Of a DNA stretch of 64,000 bases, positions 56,552-64,000 are shown piece by piece (the stretch's first letter is position 1; the number at the start of each line of letters is the position of its first letter). Under the pieces are notes generated by a model. The model worked only from the letters and a program-made list of their open reading frames with translations. It did no database searches and was not told the DNA's origin. Source of the stretch: Candidatus Latescibacterota bacterium (GTDB lineage Bacteria > Latescibacterota > UBA2968 > GCA-2709665); NCBI GenBank assembly GCA_965222075.1, contig OZ244937.1:2688001-2752000 (forward strand), given 5' to 3'. The translations under genes were made by a program, and so were the position numbers.

Positions 56552-58003
56552 ATGGGAATACGCATCCAACCACGTGAAATCGAAGTGCCCGAGGACGATC
56601 CGTTCAAAAACGACCTTCTCGGCCGGAAGGAGCCAGTGAAGATTCTCACCCACCTCGTTGGTGCTCTCGAAGGTCCATGCGTCCTGGCAGTCGATGCCGC
56701 ATGGGGAACCGGCAAGACCACGTTTCTCCGGATGTGGGCGCAGCACCTGCGCAACCAAGGATTTCCTGTTGTCGAGTTCAATGCATGGGAGACCGACTTC
56801 TCCGGGGACCCCTTCGTCGCTCTCTCCACAGAATTGACAGAAGGTCTCCACGAATACACGGACGAACCGCTGGCGACGAAGATCGCCGAGACGAAGAAGG
56901 GGGCGAAGGAGGTTCTTCGACGAGCCGTTCCAGGCCTGATTCGACTCGCAACCGCAGGCATCCTGGATCTCGCCCCGCTAATGGAAAAGGAAGTGGGCCA
57001 AGCTCTTGCGTCCTACGCCGAGGACAGGCTGTCCGAATACCAGGAGGCGCAGAAGTCGGTCAAGGCATTCAGGCATGTCCTGCAAGACATGGCGAAGACG
57101 TTGGCGCAATCCAGAGAGAACCGATCCCTGATCGTAGTCATTGATGAGCTGGACCGGTGCCGCCCTTCTTATGCTGTCGAACTGCTTGAAGTCGCCAAGC
57201 ACCTGTTTTCAGTGGACTACATTGTTTTTGTATTGGCGGTTAATCGCCCTGAACTCGCACATTCGATCAAAGCCCTGTATGGAAGCGGTTTTGACGCCGC
57301 GGGATATTTCCGCCGGTTCTTTGATATGGACTTTCGACTTCCCGATCCTGAACGGAAAGCTTTTATCGACGCAGCGCTCGATGCGATACAGATCGATGAA
57401 TACTTTGGGCGAACTCAAGATGGGTCCGCACGATACGACTATGAAGACGTTCGGAAACTGTTACAGGGTTTTTTTCGTGCACCTGACCTCAGCCTTCGAC
57501 GGATAGCGCAAGCCATCTATCGTCTGGGGCTGGTATTGGCGTCGTTGGGCAGCAACCAGCAGTCGTTCGCCACGAGGGCAGTTGTGGCTTTGATCCTTCG
57601 AACCATCGACGCGGATCTCTATCATCGGTTCCACTGCGGTGAGGCCTCGGACCTTGAAGTCGTTGACAAGGTGTTCACACCATCCGGAGCAATAACTCTT
57701 GAAGAAGAGGAAGTAAGATCCTTTTTTGAGAAAACGATCATTCTCGCTGCTCGCGATGTGTCAGGTTTGACTGACTCGCCGCTGTTGCAGCGGTACCAGA
57801 AGCTGGTTGATGCCGAAGAGTCAGACCCCTCCTCACACAACCCGGATCGAAAGCGCGGGGAGAAAATCATCGAATGGGCTGAGCATATCCGTCAGGGAGG
57901 CCTCGGCAGACCCATTGGATTCCGGCATTCAGTTCAGCGGATTGAATTGCTATCCCCTGATCTCATTGGCGAGCGCTCAGGAACGGTTTCGCATAATTTT
58001 TGA
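56552..58003 (+). CDS. KAP-family P-loop NTPase
   Basis: DLLGR, DAAWGTGKT, FNAWETD, VVIDELDRCRP, YFRRFFD. Confidence 0.9.
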   Translation: MGIRIQPREIEVPEDDPFKNDLLGRKEPVKILTHLVGALEGPCVLAVDAAWGTGKTTFLRMWAQHLRNQGFPVVEFNAWETDFSGDPFVALSTELTEGLHEYTDEPLATKIAETKKGAKEVLRRAVPGLIRLATAGILDLAPLMEKEVGQALASYAEDRLSEYQEAQKSVKAFRHVLQDMAKTLAQSRENRSLIVVIDELDRCRPSYAVELLEVAKHLFSVDYIVFVLAVNRPELAHSIKALYGSGFDAAGYFRRFFDMDFRLPDPERKAFIDAALDAIQIDEYFGRTQDGSARYDYEDVRKLLQGFFRAPDLSLRRIAQAIYRLGLVLASLGSNQQSFATRAVVALILRTIDADLYHRFHCGEASDLEVVDKVFTPSGAITLEEEEVRSFFEKTIILAARDVSGLTDSPLLQRYQKLVDAEESDPSSHNPDRKRGEKIIEWAEHIRQGGLGRPIGFRHSVQRIELLSPDLIGERSGTVSHNF

Positions 58004-58136
58004 GGCCGCCGAGCCCCGAGAGGTGTCTGAGAATATCTACCTGGATATAGACGATAATGGAAATTCGGTCTCCATAACGATTGAGCATGTCGGGGAGAGT
58101 GCCAACATCCGGGATTTCGCCTTTGAGCATCAACTA
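58000..58136 (+). pseudogene. DUF2283-like remnant
   Basis: REVSENIYLDIDDNGNSVSITIEH resembles DUF2283; no N-terminus; ends at the MITE. Confidence 0.5.
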
Positions 58137-58385
58137 TTCGTGTTTAGACTAATTTGAACATGTCGGAAGGAACCCCTTGTTTCGTAAGTCTAATATTTTC
58201 AACACTTCCATTTTACACAGTTTCCCGATACAGGGATTTACGAGCGGGTTTGGTCACGCCAAATCACGTACCAAACTCCTCAATAAATCTCCCGAAGTGG
58301 CTGATGAAATCTCGGAGTATTGTAAATAAAGGGGTTACGATTTTCATCCATGATTGCTACCTTGCTGATTTAGTCTAAACACGAA
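58137..58385. mobile_element. MITE (249 bp)
   Basis: Perfect 16 bp TIR TTCGTGTTTAGACTAA / TTAGTCTAAACACGAA flanked by a TCAACTA duplication. Confidence 0.85.
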
Positions 58386-58738
58386 TCAACTAAGGGTGAG
58401 CGCATAACCAGTCAGCGCAACCCCCGACCGTCTGTGTAACCGCTTCACTGGCCCCAACAAGCTGGTCCGCCTAATCGACTTGGGTGAAGTGGTGCAGCGC
58501 CTGATGCAGGGCTTCACGGACGATGTGACTTCAGCGCCTCGGACAGCGTCCATTGCTCTGGATCGCTCAACTCCCTGGATAAGGCGAACTGGACTTCGCG
58601 GTGCGGCCGCACCGCGGTGACATGTTGATATTCAAGAGTCCGCCGTAGACGGTGCCGTGCGGTCCGTTCGTTGAGCAAGAGCAGCCGTGAATCGTGAAAA
58701 CGAGCCACGAACCGGGAACCACACAAACAAAGGAGAGC

Positions 58739-59473
58739 ATGATGCAAGAAACCACAGACACCCAGAGCGCTGAGAGTTCTCAGGAGACCGGCGTAATCGG
58801 ACGGATGGTCGGAACGCTCTTCTCACCCGGCAGGACCTTTGCCTCAGTAAATAAGCAGGTCGAACATCAGGACTGGCTTATCCCGCTGATTGTGATAGCG
58901 ATTGTCGGCATGCTCTCCGCGTACCTGATCATGCCGATGGCTCAGACCGGGGAAATGGAGGCCATGCGCGAGCAACTCCAGAAGGACGAAGCCTTTTCGG
59001 ACGAACAGCAGACACAGGTCTTAAAGGTGGGAAGCATCATCGGCATCCTTGTCGCGGCCATCGGCACGGTTGCGACGCTCTTTATCCAGGCGGCGATCTT
59101 CCTGGCGCTCGCCAATTTTGTCCTCGGCGGCGACGGAACCTACAAAAAAACGCTTGCCGTCGTCAGCTACAGTTCCCTCGTCGGCATTCCCGACGCGATC
59201 GTAACCGTACCGCTCATGCTGATCAAAGGGTCGATGAAGGTCCAGGTCGGCCTCAGCCTTCTCCTGCCCGGGTCGATGGAAGGCGGCTTCCTGTTCCACT
59301 CCCTGTCCATGCTCAACCTCTTTTCCATCTGGCAATTTTCGTTGATTGCCATCGGTCTGGGAGCTGTTGCGGACATCCGGACCAGGCGGGCGGCCTACGG
59401 CGTCTTCGGCCTCTGGATCGTCTACGTCCTGATCACATCCGCTACTCAGAACCTCTCCGGCAGCATGATATAA
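58739..59473 (+). CDS. Yip1-domain membrane protein
   Basis: GTLFSPGRTF, YKKTLAVVSYS, NLFSIW; about 5 transmembrane helices. Confidence 0.8.
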   Translation: MMQETTDTQSAESSQETGVIGRMVGTLFSPGRTFASVNKQVEHQDWLIPLIVIAIVGMLSAYLIMPMAQTGEMEAMREQLQKDEAFSDEQQTQVLKVGSIIGILVAAIGTVATLFIQAAIFLALANFVLGGDGTYKKTLAVVSYSSLVGIPDAIVTVPLMLIKGSMKVQVGLSLLLPGSMEGGFLFHSLSMLNLFSIWQFSLIAIGLGAVADIRTRRAAYGVFGLWIVYVLITSATQNLSGSMI

Positions 59474-59652
59474 GGAAATGGGAAAACAGGTGCCAGCCGC
59501 GTGATCCAAAGCGTCCGGGATGGAGGCTGGGGACTCCTGAAGGATCCGGGTTTGGCGGGCATGCCCCGGACAGCATGGGGATGCCCTTTTCCATTTAGAG
59601 TTTTCATTATGCCCTGTGCGCTTTGCGCGATGCCCTCCCCGGAGAGCAAACC

Positions 59653-61959
59653 ATGACCGACTTCTACGACCACAACCAGGTCCTCCATCTCGTCCGCCAC
59701 GGCGTCACAGTCAACACCTCCGACGCCTACACCCTCTGGATCTGGGCCAAAGAGGGCAGCCACATCCGGACGACCTTTGCGGGCCGTACGTTTCCACCAA
59801 CCCATACCCGCAGCCGGTCCGGTCTCTTCACCTGGGCCAGGGCCGGCCGGGTCAATCTGGAAAAGGGCCTGCATATCCGGATCGACCTTAAAGCCGACAA
59901 AGCCGCAGACCCGTCCCCGGTCAGCGCCGTCGCCCTCTCCTCCAGCAGGAACTTCAACCCGGCCCGCAGTTTCGAGGTCTCCCGCGTCTTCCACACAGAA
60001 CCCGATCCCCTGCCGGACGCCCGTCTGGCCGAATCTCGCCACGTGCATACCCCCTGGACCCTGCGCACCTATCCGACCCTTGAGAAATGGGAAGCCAGAG
60101 CCGCCCACATCCGGCAACACATCCTCGTCGCCCTGGGCCTCTATCCACTCCCGGAAAAGACACTGCTCAAACCCCGGATCAGCGGCCGTATCGAACGCGA
60201 GGGGTACACCGTCGAAAAGGCCTACTTTGAATCCCTCCCCGGATTCTTCGTCTGCGGTAACCTCTACCGGCCCCTCGGCCAAAAAGGGTCCACCCCCGGC
60301 ATCGTCTGTCCGCATGGCCACTGGAAAACCGGCCGCCTTGAAAACTCGGACCTGGGATCGATCCCCGGCCGCTGCATCAACCTCGCCCGCCAGGGGCACG
60401 CCGTCTTCTCTTACGACATGGTCGGCTACAACGACAGCGACCAGATCGTCCACCGGAGCTTCGGCGGTCTTGTGGAGGACCTCTGGGGCATCGGCGTGAT
60501 GGGCCTCCAGCTCTGGAACGCCATCCGGGCGGTTGACTTCCTCTGCTCCCTGGACGGTGTGGACCCCGACCGCATCGGCTGCACCGGCGCCTCCGGCGGC
60601 GGCACCCAGACCTTCATGCTCACCGCCGTGGACGATCGTGTAAAGGTCGCTGCTCCCGTCAACATGGTCTCCGCCCACATGCAGGGCGGATGCAACTGCG
60701 AAAACCAGGGCGGCCTCCGCTTAGAGGTCAACAACGTCGAAATCGCCTCGATCATGGCCCCCCGGCCCCTCTTCCTCGTCTCCGCGTCGGGCGATTGGAC
60801 CGCCAACACCCCGGAACTCGAATACCCCGCGATTAAAGACATCTACCGCCTCTACAACGCCGAAGATAAGGTCGCGGCCGCACAGGTAGATGCCCCCCAC
60901 AACTACAACAGGGAAAGCCGCGAACACATCTACGCCTGGTTCGGCAAATGGCTGCTGGGCATCCACGATCCCAAACGCTTCCGCGAACGGGGCTTCGCTG
61001 CCGAAAAAGACGGCGACCTCCTCGTCTTCCACAATCGCAAACGCCCCGCCTACGCCTTAGACGCCGGCGGGCTGACCCGCGCCCTCATCGCTCGCTCCGA
61101 GGCCCGGCTCAACGCACTCAGACCTGAGGACCGCACGTCCCTTCTCCGCTTCAAGAAAAAGATGGGGGCTGCGTTCAAACACGCCATCTCGGCGGACTGC
61201 CCGGATACGCTTTCCGTCCGGGACATGGGCCGTACCAAACGTGATGCGTACATCATCCGGCGCCTCCTGCTCGGCCGGCAGGGCCACGGAGATCGCATCC
61301 CGGCGCTCCTGTTCACTCCCCGCACCCGCAGGAAAAGATCCCCCGCGACCCTCGTCGTCCATCCCGAGGGCAAGGCCGCCTTGGCCGATCTTTGTATCCC
61401 CGGCCCCATCATCTCCGACCTCCTGAAACACGGCCACCTCGTCCTGGCGATCGACACCTTCCTCACCGGGGAGTTCCACTCCTCCTTTGGCCAGCCGGCG
61501 CGCAACACCGATGTCCCCCACTTTACCACCTACAACCCGACCGACGCTGCCTGCCGGGTGCAGGACATTCTCACCGCCCTGGCCTACCTTCGATCGCATT
61601 CCGAAGCGAAAACCTGCAACCTGCTCGGCCTCGGTGCCGCCGGCCCCTGGTGCCTCCTGGCCCGCGCCCTGGCCCCCAACGTCGCCCGCACCGCCGTTGA
61701 CCTCAACCGCTTCGCAGCCGACAGCGACGCCCGCTGGGTCGCAGACCTCTTCATCCCCGGCATCCGAAGCGCGGGCGACTTCCGGACCGCCTGCGCATTG
61801 ATCGCGCCCGGCCGCCTCCTGATCCACAACACAGGCAAGCGTTTCCCACTCGACCGGCTCCAGGCTGCCTACCGGGCCGCCGGTGTGAAAGACGCGCTCC
61901 GGATCTCGGAACAGCGGCTAAACAGGTCGGACATCCTCAGCTGGCTGCTTGGAAAATAA
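59653..61959 (+). CDS. Acetylxylan esterase-like alpha/beta hydrolase with duplicated domain
   Basis: FESLPG..VCGNLYRP, CPHGHW, YDMVGY, GCTGASGGGTQT, GGCNCE, HNY. Confidence 0.8.
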   Translation: MTDFYDHNQVLHLVRHGVTVNTSDAYTLWIWAKEGSHIRTTFAGRTFPPTHTRSRSGLFTWARAGRVNLEKGLHIRIDLKADKAADPSPVSAVALSSSRNFNPARSFEVSRVFHTEPDPLPDARLAESRHVHTPWTLRTYPTLEKWEARAAHIRQHILVALGLYPLPEKTLLKPRISGRIEREGYTVEKAYFESLPGFFVCGNLYRPLGQKGSTPGIVCPHGHWKTGRLENSDLGSIPGRCINLARQGHAVFSYDMVGYNDSDQIVHRSFGGLVEDLWGIGVMGLQLWNAIRAVDFLCSLDGVDPDRIGCTGASGGGTQTFMLTAVDDRVKVAAPVNMVSAHMQGGCNCENQGGLRLEVNNVEIASIMAPRPLFLVSASGDWTANTPELEYPAIKDIYRLYNAEDKVAAAQVDAPHNYNRESREHIYAWFGKWLLGIHDPKRFRERGFAAEKDGDLLVFHNRKRPAYALDAGGLTRALIARSEARLNALRPEDRTSLLRFKKKMGAAFKHAISADCPDTLSVRDMGRTKRDAYIIRRLLLGRQGHGDRIPALLFTPRTRRKRSPATLVVHPEGKAALADLCIPGPIISDLLKHGHLVLAIDTFLTGEFHSSFGQPARNTDVPHFTTYNPTDAACRVQDILTALAYLRSHSEAKTCNLLGLGAAGPWCLLARALAPNVARTAVDLNRFAADSDARWVADLFIPGIRSAGDFRTACALIAPGRLLIHNTGKRFPLDRLQAAYRAAGVKDALRISEQRLNRSDILSWLLGK

Positions 61960-61966
61960 GAGCGGA

Positions 61967-61991
61967 CCTGTCTGCCGGCGGCACAGGCAGG
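61967..61991. repeat. Micro-palindrome copy 7 (25 bp, intergenic, inverted)
   Basis: CCTGTCTGCCGGCGGCACAGGCAGG. Confidence 0.75.
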
Positions 61992-62100
61992 TCGGCCCGG
62001 GCCCTTCGGGCTTCAAGTAGCACAAACTGTCAGTTTGTGTGAGGGTAAGGGAGGGGATTTGGAGGCAGGTTGCATGATCACCGCCCCTTGCCACCATTCC

Positions 62101-62313
62101 GTTCTTTTGCTTTTGGCCTTTTTCTTGCACGCCCAAGAAAAAGGCCGAAAAAGAAGGGCGCCGCTCAAACGCCGCGGGGGCTGCTTTTCCGCGAATTGCC
62201 CCTGGGGTGGAAGCGAGAGCCGTGCCGGGCACGGCACAGGCAGGTCTGCCCTGCGAGCGCTTGGGGATTCACGCGGCGAAGGCGGTGGACGGAAACGCGC
62301 GGAAAAGCCCCTT
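62101..62313. repeat. Second copy of the long palindromic repeat, with micro-palindrome insert at 62221-62244 (copy 8)
   Basis: Aligns with 40696-40885 apart from an extra CGTGCCGGGCACGGCACAGGCAGG. Confidence 0.85.
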
Positions 62314-62415
62314 CCCCCCCCGCACCAGACCGGGGGAGTCGGCAAGGCAGGGGCGCCAGCCCGAAACCTGCGCGGAAAAGCCCCTTCTCCCGGCCCCGAA
62401 GGCGGGGGAGGCGAG

Positions 62416-62464
62416 ACCTTTTCGCTCGCGCCTGGGAACTCATCAGGAATTTTAAAACAACTTC
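62416..62464. mobile_element. Right end of the IS5-type MITE family
   Basis: Near-identical to 5970-6018 (ACCTTTTCGCTCGCG...AGGAATTTTAAAACAACTTC). Confidence 0.75.
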
Positions 62465-62595
62465 TGACACATTTCTTGACTCTCTTCCGGATGTGGGTAT
62501 ATTTTAATACGGTACCTGGCTTAACCGCTTGCTGTACCGCTCATCTCGAGTAGCTCCGGGGGGGCATACCCGGAGACACGGAAAGGGGGATCTGT

Positions 62596-63228
62596 ATGTG
62601 TCGGCTTATTGGATCGCTCACGCCGCTTTTCCTGCTCTGCACCCTCACCGGCTGCTACACCCAGCTTCGGGCCCCTGAGCCGTCCCGTTCGGACGCGCCC
62701 GTCCCGCCCGCAGTGCAGGAGCACCTCCCGCCCCTGCCGGACCGGCTCCATGGGTCTCTCTACTCTGGCCTCCTCCCGGCGCGGTTCTACGATCCCTGGG
62801 ACGCCCTCCCCTACCATACCTATTACAATCCCTGGACCGGCCGGCTCACCTTTCCCTCCTCCCACGATCTCATACGGACGTCCCACGGGTGGTACCTCAG
62901 GATAGGCAATCTCTTTTACAATCCCCACCCCAACCGGTGGACCAACCGTGTGCTCCCCATCGCCCCGAGACCCCGCATTCGCCGCCTGGCAGGCGAATTG
63001 CATCCAGAGGATTTAAACCCCGTCGCCCCGAGACCCCGCATTCGCCGCCGTGGATTTGGACCGGAGATCTCTTCTGCTTCGGCTGTGCGAGGGCAAAATG
63101 CCGTGACCTCCCCAAAAGAGTCAAAACCGTCTGAGGGAAAGCAGCCGGAGAAGAAAAAGAAACCGTCTGAGGAAGAGAAACGGGAGAAGAAGCGGAAGAA
63201 AAATCGCCGGAGGGGAGGGATGAACTGA
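62596..63228 (+). CDS. Hypothetical lipoprotein with basic C-terminal tail
   Basis: Lipobox LTGC followed by YTQL; APRPRIRR twice; TGATG coupling to the next gene. Confidence 0.65.
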   Translation: MCRLIGSLTPLFLLCTLTGCYTQLRAPEPSRSDAPVPPAVQEHLPPLPDRLHGSLYSGLLPARFYDPWDALPYHTYYNPWTGRLTFPSSHDLIRTSHGWYLRIGNLFYNPHPNRWTNRVLPIAPRPRIRRLAGELHPEDLNPVAPRPRIRRRGFGPEISSASAVRGQNAVTSPKESKPSEGKQPEKKKKPSEEEKREKKRKKNRRRGGMN

Positions 63229-64000
63229 TGCGACGCCTCAACAGCGTCGCCTTCACCTTCCTGAGCCTCGCCTGTGGGTGCCCTCTCTCCGCGCAGGAGG
63301 TCGTCCTGGACAGCTTCGCGGGCCTGGGGGCCCGGGCGATGGGCATGGGAGGCGCGTACACGGCGCTGTCCAACGACTTTTCCGGCCTCTTCTGGAACCC
63401 CGCCGGGCTGGCGAGAATCCAGAAGAAGGAGATCTACACCGCCCTCTCGCACGAGAACTTCCGGAATCAGACACAGTTCTTCGGCACGCCCGCAGCGGAC
63501 CGGCTCTCCAGCACCCGGCTGAACGCGGTTGGAGCGACCTATCCCTATCCTGTCTACCGGGGCAGCCTGGTATTTGCCGGAGGCTACGGACGCACCGGAA
63601 GTTTTGACTCAGGGCTGAAGATAGAAGGCTACGATACCATTTCGCAGTTCGAAAAATCGGGCATCTCCGAAGACCGGGGAGGGCTGGGCGCCTTCGTCCT
63701 GGGAGGCGCGGTGGACGTGGCGCCAAACACCTCACTCGGCCTGTCTCTCCAGGCCTGGCGGGGCAGCGACCGGTTCCGCCAGGAACTCACCCTGCGGGAC
63801 ACGGAGGATGCCCACGGCGACACAATCCGTCTCTACCAGCGGTTTACCTTTACAGACCGCTACACCGCCTGGGGGGGGCGGGCAGGCCTGCTCTACCTGC
63901 ACCCGTCCGGAATGCGGGTCGGGGTATCCATCTCTTCGCCGATCATCTTTCAGGTGCGCTCCGAACTGGAGGACGAATTTGAAGACGAGCTGGAGGGGGG
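63228..64000 (+). CDS. Outer-membrane beta-barrel, FadL/OMPP1/PorV-like (runs off the window)
   Basis: Translated by hand: MRRLNSVAF...GLGARAMGMGGAYTALSNDFSGLFWNPAGLA; absent from the ORF track because it has no stop in the window. Confidence 0.8.
   Translation, partial: MRRLNSVAFTFLSLACGCPLSAQEVVLDSFAGLGARAMGMGGAYTALSNDFSGLFWNPAGLARIQKKEIYTALSHENFRNQTQFFGTPAADRLSSTRLNAVGATYPYPVYRGSLVFAGGYGRTGSFDSGLKIEGYDTISQFEKSGISEDRGGLGAFVLGGAVDVAPNTSLGLSLQAWRGSDRFRQELTLRDTEDAHGDTIRLYQRFTFTDRYTAWGGRAGLLYLHPSGMRVGVSISSPIIFQVRSELEDEFEDELEG

Noticed and set aside
62960-63049. Possible mini-CRISPR (27 bp repeat, 36 bp spacer)
   Set aside because: Only two units, in-frame within a coding sequence, not palindromic, and no cas genes in the window.
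1-64000. tRNA, rRNA, integrase or att site for the defence island
   Set aside because: No cloverleaf, rRNA-like segment, recombinase or flanking att repeat was recognised by eye; tRNAscan-SE would be needed to exclude a tRNA.

Overview
High-GC bacterial chromosome segment, possibly from a MAG of an uncultured FCB/Latescibacterota-like lineage (inference only). The housekeeping blocks are rfbBC, a Ca/Na antiporter, a single-ORF Lnt-TatC fusion, bioF, trmJ-like, pspA, coxD/coxE/xdhC-like genes, a complete phosphate locus (pstSCAB-phoU, ppx-ppk1, phoBR), a Tat-exported PaoABC-like molybdo-oxidoreductase, RNase II, RidA, Yip1, an esterase and a FadL/PorV-like outer-membrane protein. A compositionally distinct defence island at about 41.0-58.4 kb carries an SspABCD-type DNA phosphorothioation core (cysteine desulfurase, DUF4007-like protein, large P-loop ATPase, PAPS reductase). 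No SspE, SspFGH or PglZ/BrxL is recognisable. The core is followed instead by a co-oriented five-gene module (GIY-YIG nuclease, DGQHR/DndB-like protein, SF2 helicase, MORC/GHKL ATPase, PLD nuclease) and, past an IS, a KAP NTPase. This is the best candidate for an undescribed system. The second strong signal is a family of 24-33 bp CCTGCCTG...CAGRCAGG palindromes: eight copies, no target duplication, and in-frame when inside genes, including the SspC-like ATPase. The window also holds two full-length IS elements, several MITE families, GTAG-type REPs, IS remnants and a duplicated, IS-interrupted pstS promoter. All calls come from motif recognition by eye; no database searches were run.
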